Assembly: GCA_037625715.1 (NCBI GenBank)
Contig: JASJHQ010000043.1
Location: 4,604 to 68,603, forward strand
Reading direction: 5' to 3'
Source: Flavobacteriales bacterium
Lineage (GTDB): Bacteria > Bacteroidota > Bacteroidia > Flavobacteriales > UBA7312
Length of the DNA stretch: 64,000 nt
Under the pieces are notes generated by a model. It worked only from the letters and a program-made list of their open reading frames with translations, was not told where the DNA came from and made no database searches. Shown piece by piece: positions 61,943 to 64,000 of this stretch. A program made the position numbers and the translations under genes. Every line of letters begins with the position of its first letter. The stretch's first letter is position 1.

Positions 61943-64000
61943 TTAAAAAGTGTCAAGGTCAATTGGACGCATCACACCAAACCATTTTAAATTCTTCTCT
62001 TTACCCAAACTAGGTATATTCACATTGATAATATATGCACCACTAGCAATAGGAATACCTTTTTGATTCTTTAAGTCCCAATCTATTGAAGCAGAACCGT
62101 CACTATCTTTAAACAAACGATTCACTAAAGAACCATTTAAAGAATAAACAGATATGACACATTCTGCTGGTAAATTAGTAATTCTAACTCTATTATCAAG
62201 CTGTCCTCCATTTTCAATTCCTTCGTAAGTGGAGTAAGCATAATAAGGATTAGGCACAATATTTATCATATCAACAATCGAATCAATAGTCTCTTCAGAA
62301 GTTACTTCTGTTGGAGCAATATTAGCAGTCGAAAATCTGTAGTTAGGATAATTAACTTTCTTATAAGTAACATCAACAGTTACAGGAGATGTTTGACTAG
62401 AACCTGCAATAGTACTTGTGTAGTAAACATTTCCTAAAGAGTTTGCTTGTCTCCAAACATTGTCGATTAGTACCGAATCAGAAACACTGATAGATTCTAT
62501 CTCATAAGCAAACAACTGATCGTAATTTTGAAGATAATCTTTCAATGGAATTCTGTCATTAGAAACAGTAAACGATTCTGTAGTAGAAGTCTGGTCAACA
62601 TCACCAAAGCTTCTATATTCTCTAGAAACATCAATGTTAATCTCTACATCAGAAGATAATAATTCGTAACCTTCATTTAGCAAAGGAACGCTAACCCACA
62701 TCATTTCTTTAAAGAAATCACGTTTTTGAATTGTAGAACCAGCAACATCAATAAGTGCTTGTGCACATTGATCGTATTTAGAAGAGTGTACATAAACGAA
62801 ATGTTTTCCTCCTAAATAATAACTACCATTTGCCCAAGGTGGAATAGTAGATTGAACTCTTGTGCTAGGGTTCCATATCATATCTCTTCCATTGTCGGCT
62901 TGTAGCCAAGAATCTTCAGAGAACATAATATTTAAACGCTCACCAGACTCTTTGTTAATAGCATAACCAGGGAACCAACCCATACCATTACCACTACCAT
63001 CAGGAGATCCGTCTTTTGCAACAGATTCGGATGCTCTTAAATCCATCTTAGCAACGCCACCTTCAGAATAGGAAGGATTATCCTGAGATTCTAAAACAAT
63101 ACATCTTGACCATAAAGATTGATCATCTGTAACAACAATTTTTACAGATTGCAAATCTCTAATTCGGTTTGTACTTTGTTGGTTAGGAACTGTAGTATAT
63201 GCTTGCGACACGTCATAACCAGGTCCGTCAAGATAGTAAGAAACAAAACGATAAGGAGCCCAAGTACCATTAACAACATCCTCATAGACGCCATCAGGGT
63301 CAGTAGAGTAATCGTCAAATACACTTACATTTTCTGGATCAGACTGGTAAGATCCAGCATGTATCCAGTTACGACCCCACAAGGAAGTATTTGCTGCAGT
63401 TACCTCACCATCTTCATCGTCTCTATCTCTAACACCACCTAACCAAGGGTTGTACTCGTCTTCAAATACTATAGAAGAAGTAATAAAACCATTATTATCT
63501 TCATAATCGGCAACGTTTAATTCATAATCCCAATCCGGAGGATTGTTTTGATTGATCTGCACAGCAAAACCTAAGGAAGAAAATAATTGCTGATTATCTA
63601 AGTCTATAGATGCATCAGAAACAAAACTTTCACCATTATTTAAATTCACTAATTCCCAACGAGAAACAACAGGATCTAAAACTATAGACCTAGGGTCAGA
63701 GGTGGAAGCATTATATAAATCGCCATAAAACTTCAAGGCAAAATCAGCCTGAGTTAAGTTAAAAGGATCAATTACTTGCACGTCGATTGGTCCTGAACCC
63801 GCTTCATAAACTGGGTTTTCAGAAAAACCATTAGCCATAATTTCAGATTCAGTATCAGCAGTTAGATTTAATTCGCCACCACCATTACCAGCACCAACTA
63901 CTCTAGCTATTTCTACACCCTGACCAATATCAGCATTTAATTGAGTTGTAAAAGGCTTGTGAGGGATACCAGTATATACTCTAATATTTTTTCTACCCGA
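61943..64000 (-). CDS. Large T9SS-secreted protein (5'-truncated by window edge)
   Basis: Frame is open to base 64000; C-terminus IVPNPYY.YS.YE...R.TNLP..C.I..Y...G.LV...WDLKN..G.PIASG.Y. Confidence 0.8.
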   Translation of the reverse strand, partial: SGRKNIRVYTGIPHKPFTTQLNADIGQGVEIARVVGAGNGGGELNLTADTESEIMANGFSENPVYEAGSGPIDVQVIDPFNLTQADFALKFYGDLYNASTSDPRSIVLDPVVSRWELVNLNNGESFVSDASIDLDNQQLFSSLGFAVQINQNNPPDWDYELNVADYEDNNGFITSSIVFEDEYNPWLGGVRDRDDEDGEVTAANTSLWGRNWIHAGSYQSDPENVSVFDDYSTDPDGVYEDVVNGTWAPYRFVSYYLDGPGYDVSQAYTTVPNQQSTNRIRDLQSVKIVVTDDQSLWSRCIVLESQDNPSYSEGGVAKMDLRASESVAKDGSPDGSGNGMGWFPGYAINKESGERLNIMFSEDSWLQADNGRDMIWNPSTRVQSTIPPWANGSYYLGGKHFVYVHSSKYDQCAQALIDVAGSTIQKRDFFKEMMWVSVPLLNEGYELLSSDVEINIDVSREYRSFGDVDQTSTTESFTVSNDRIPLKDYLQNYDQLFAYEIESISVSDSVLIDNVWRQANSLGNVYYTSTIAGSSQTSPVTVDVTYKKVNYPNYRFSTANIAPTEVTSEETIDSIVDMINIVPNPYYAYSTYEGIENGGQLDNRVRITNLPAECVISVYSLNGSLVNRLFKDSDGSASIDWDLKNQKGIPIASGAYIINVNIPSLGKEKNLKWFGVMRPIDLDTF

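Overview
AT-rich Bacteroidota chromosome, most likely a streamlined (possibly marine) Flavobacteriales. The evidence is TAnnTTTG promoters, no Shine-Dalgarno use, T9SS cargo proteins and the gene order rpsU-xerC-hpf-tRNAs-tuf-secE-nusG-rplKAJL-rpoBC-DUF3467. The window is mostly core genome: RNA polymerase/ribosomal operon, six tRNAs, purM-prfA-pyrF, glnII, secDF, mdh, gyrB, murB, ruvC and greA, with several T9SS substrates interspersed. I found no CRISPR array, IS, prophage or recognisable defence system. The most notable signals: (1) a palindromic terminator-like element with a CTCAAATGAG core occurs as two pairs. One pair is a 28/29-bp direct repeat bracketing a ~2.9-kb cargo directly behind tRNA-Leu; the other brackets a ~170-bp spacer with imperfect inverted ends. 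This suggests cassette insertion at terminators. (2) The cargo T9SS protein carries four 105-bp Cys-rich repeats and is followed by a split lipoprotein. (3) An unannotated second PspC mini-gene lies behind a DUF2851 gene interrupted by a single in-frame TAA. (4) Normally conserved residues are changed in EF-Tu (RG>RV) and the RpoC trigger loop (TFHFGG); with the TAA these may be G>T artefacts. (5) rpsU keeps Tyr54 but has no SD. All calls are from motif recognition only; no searches were run.
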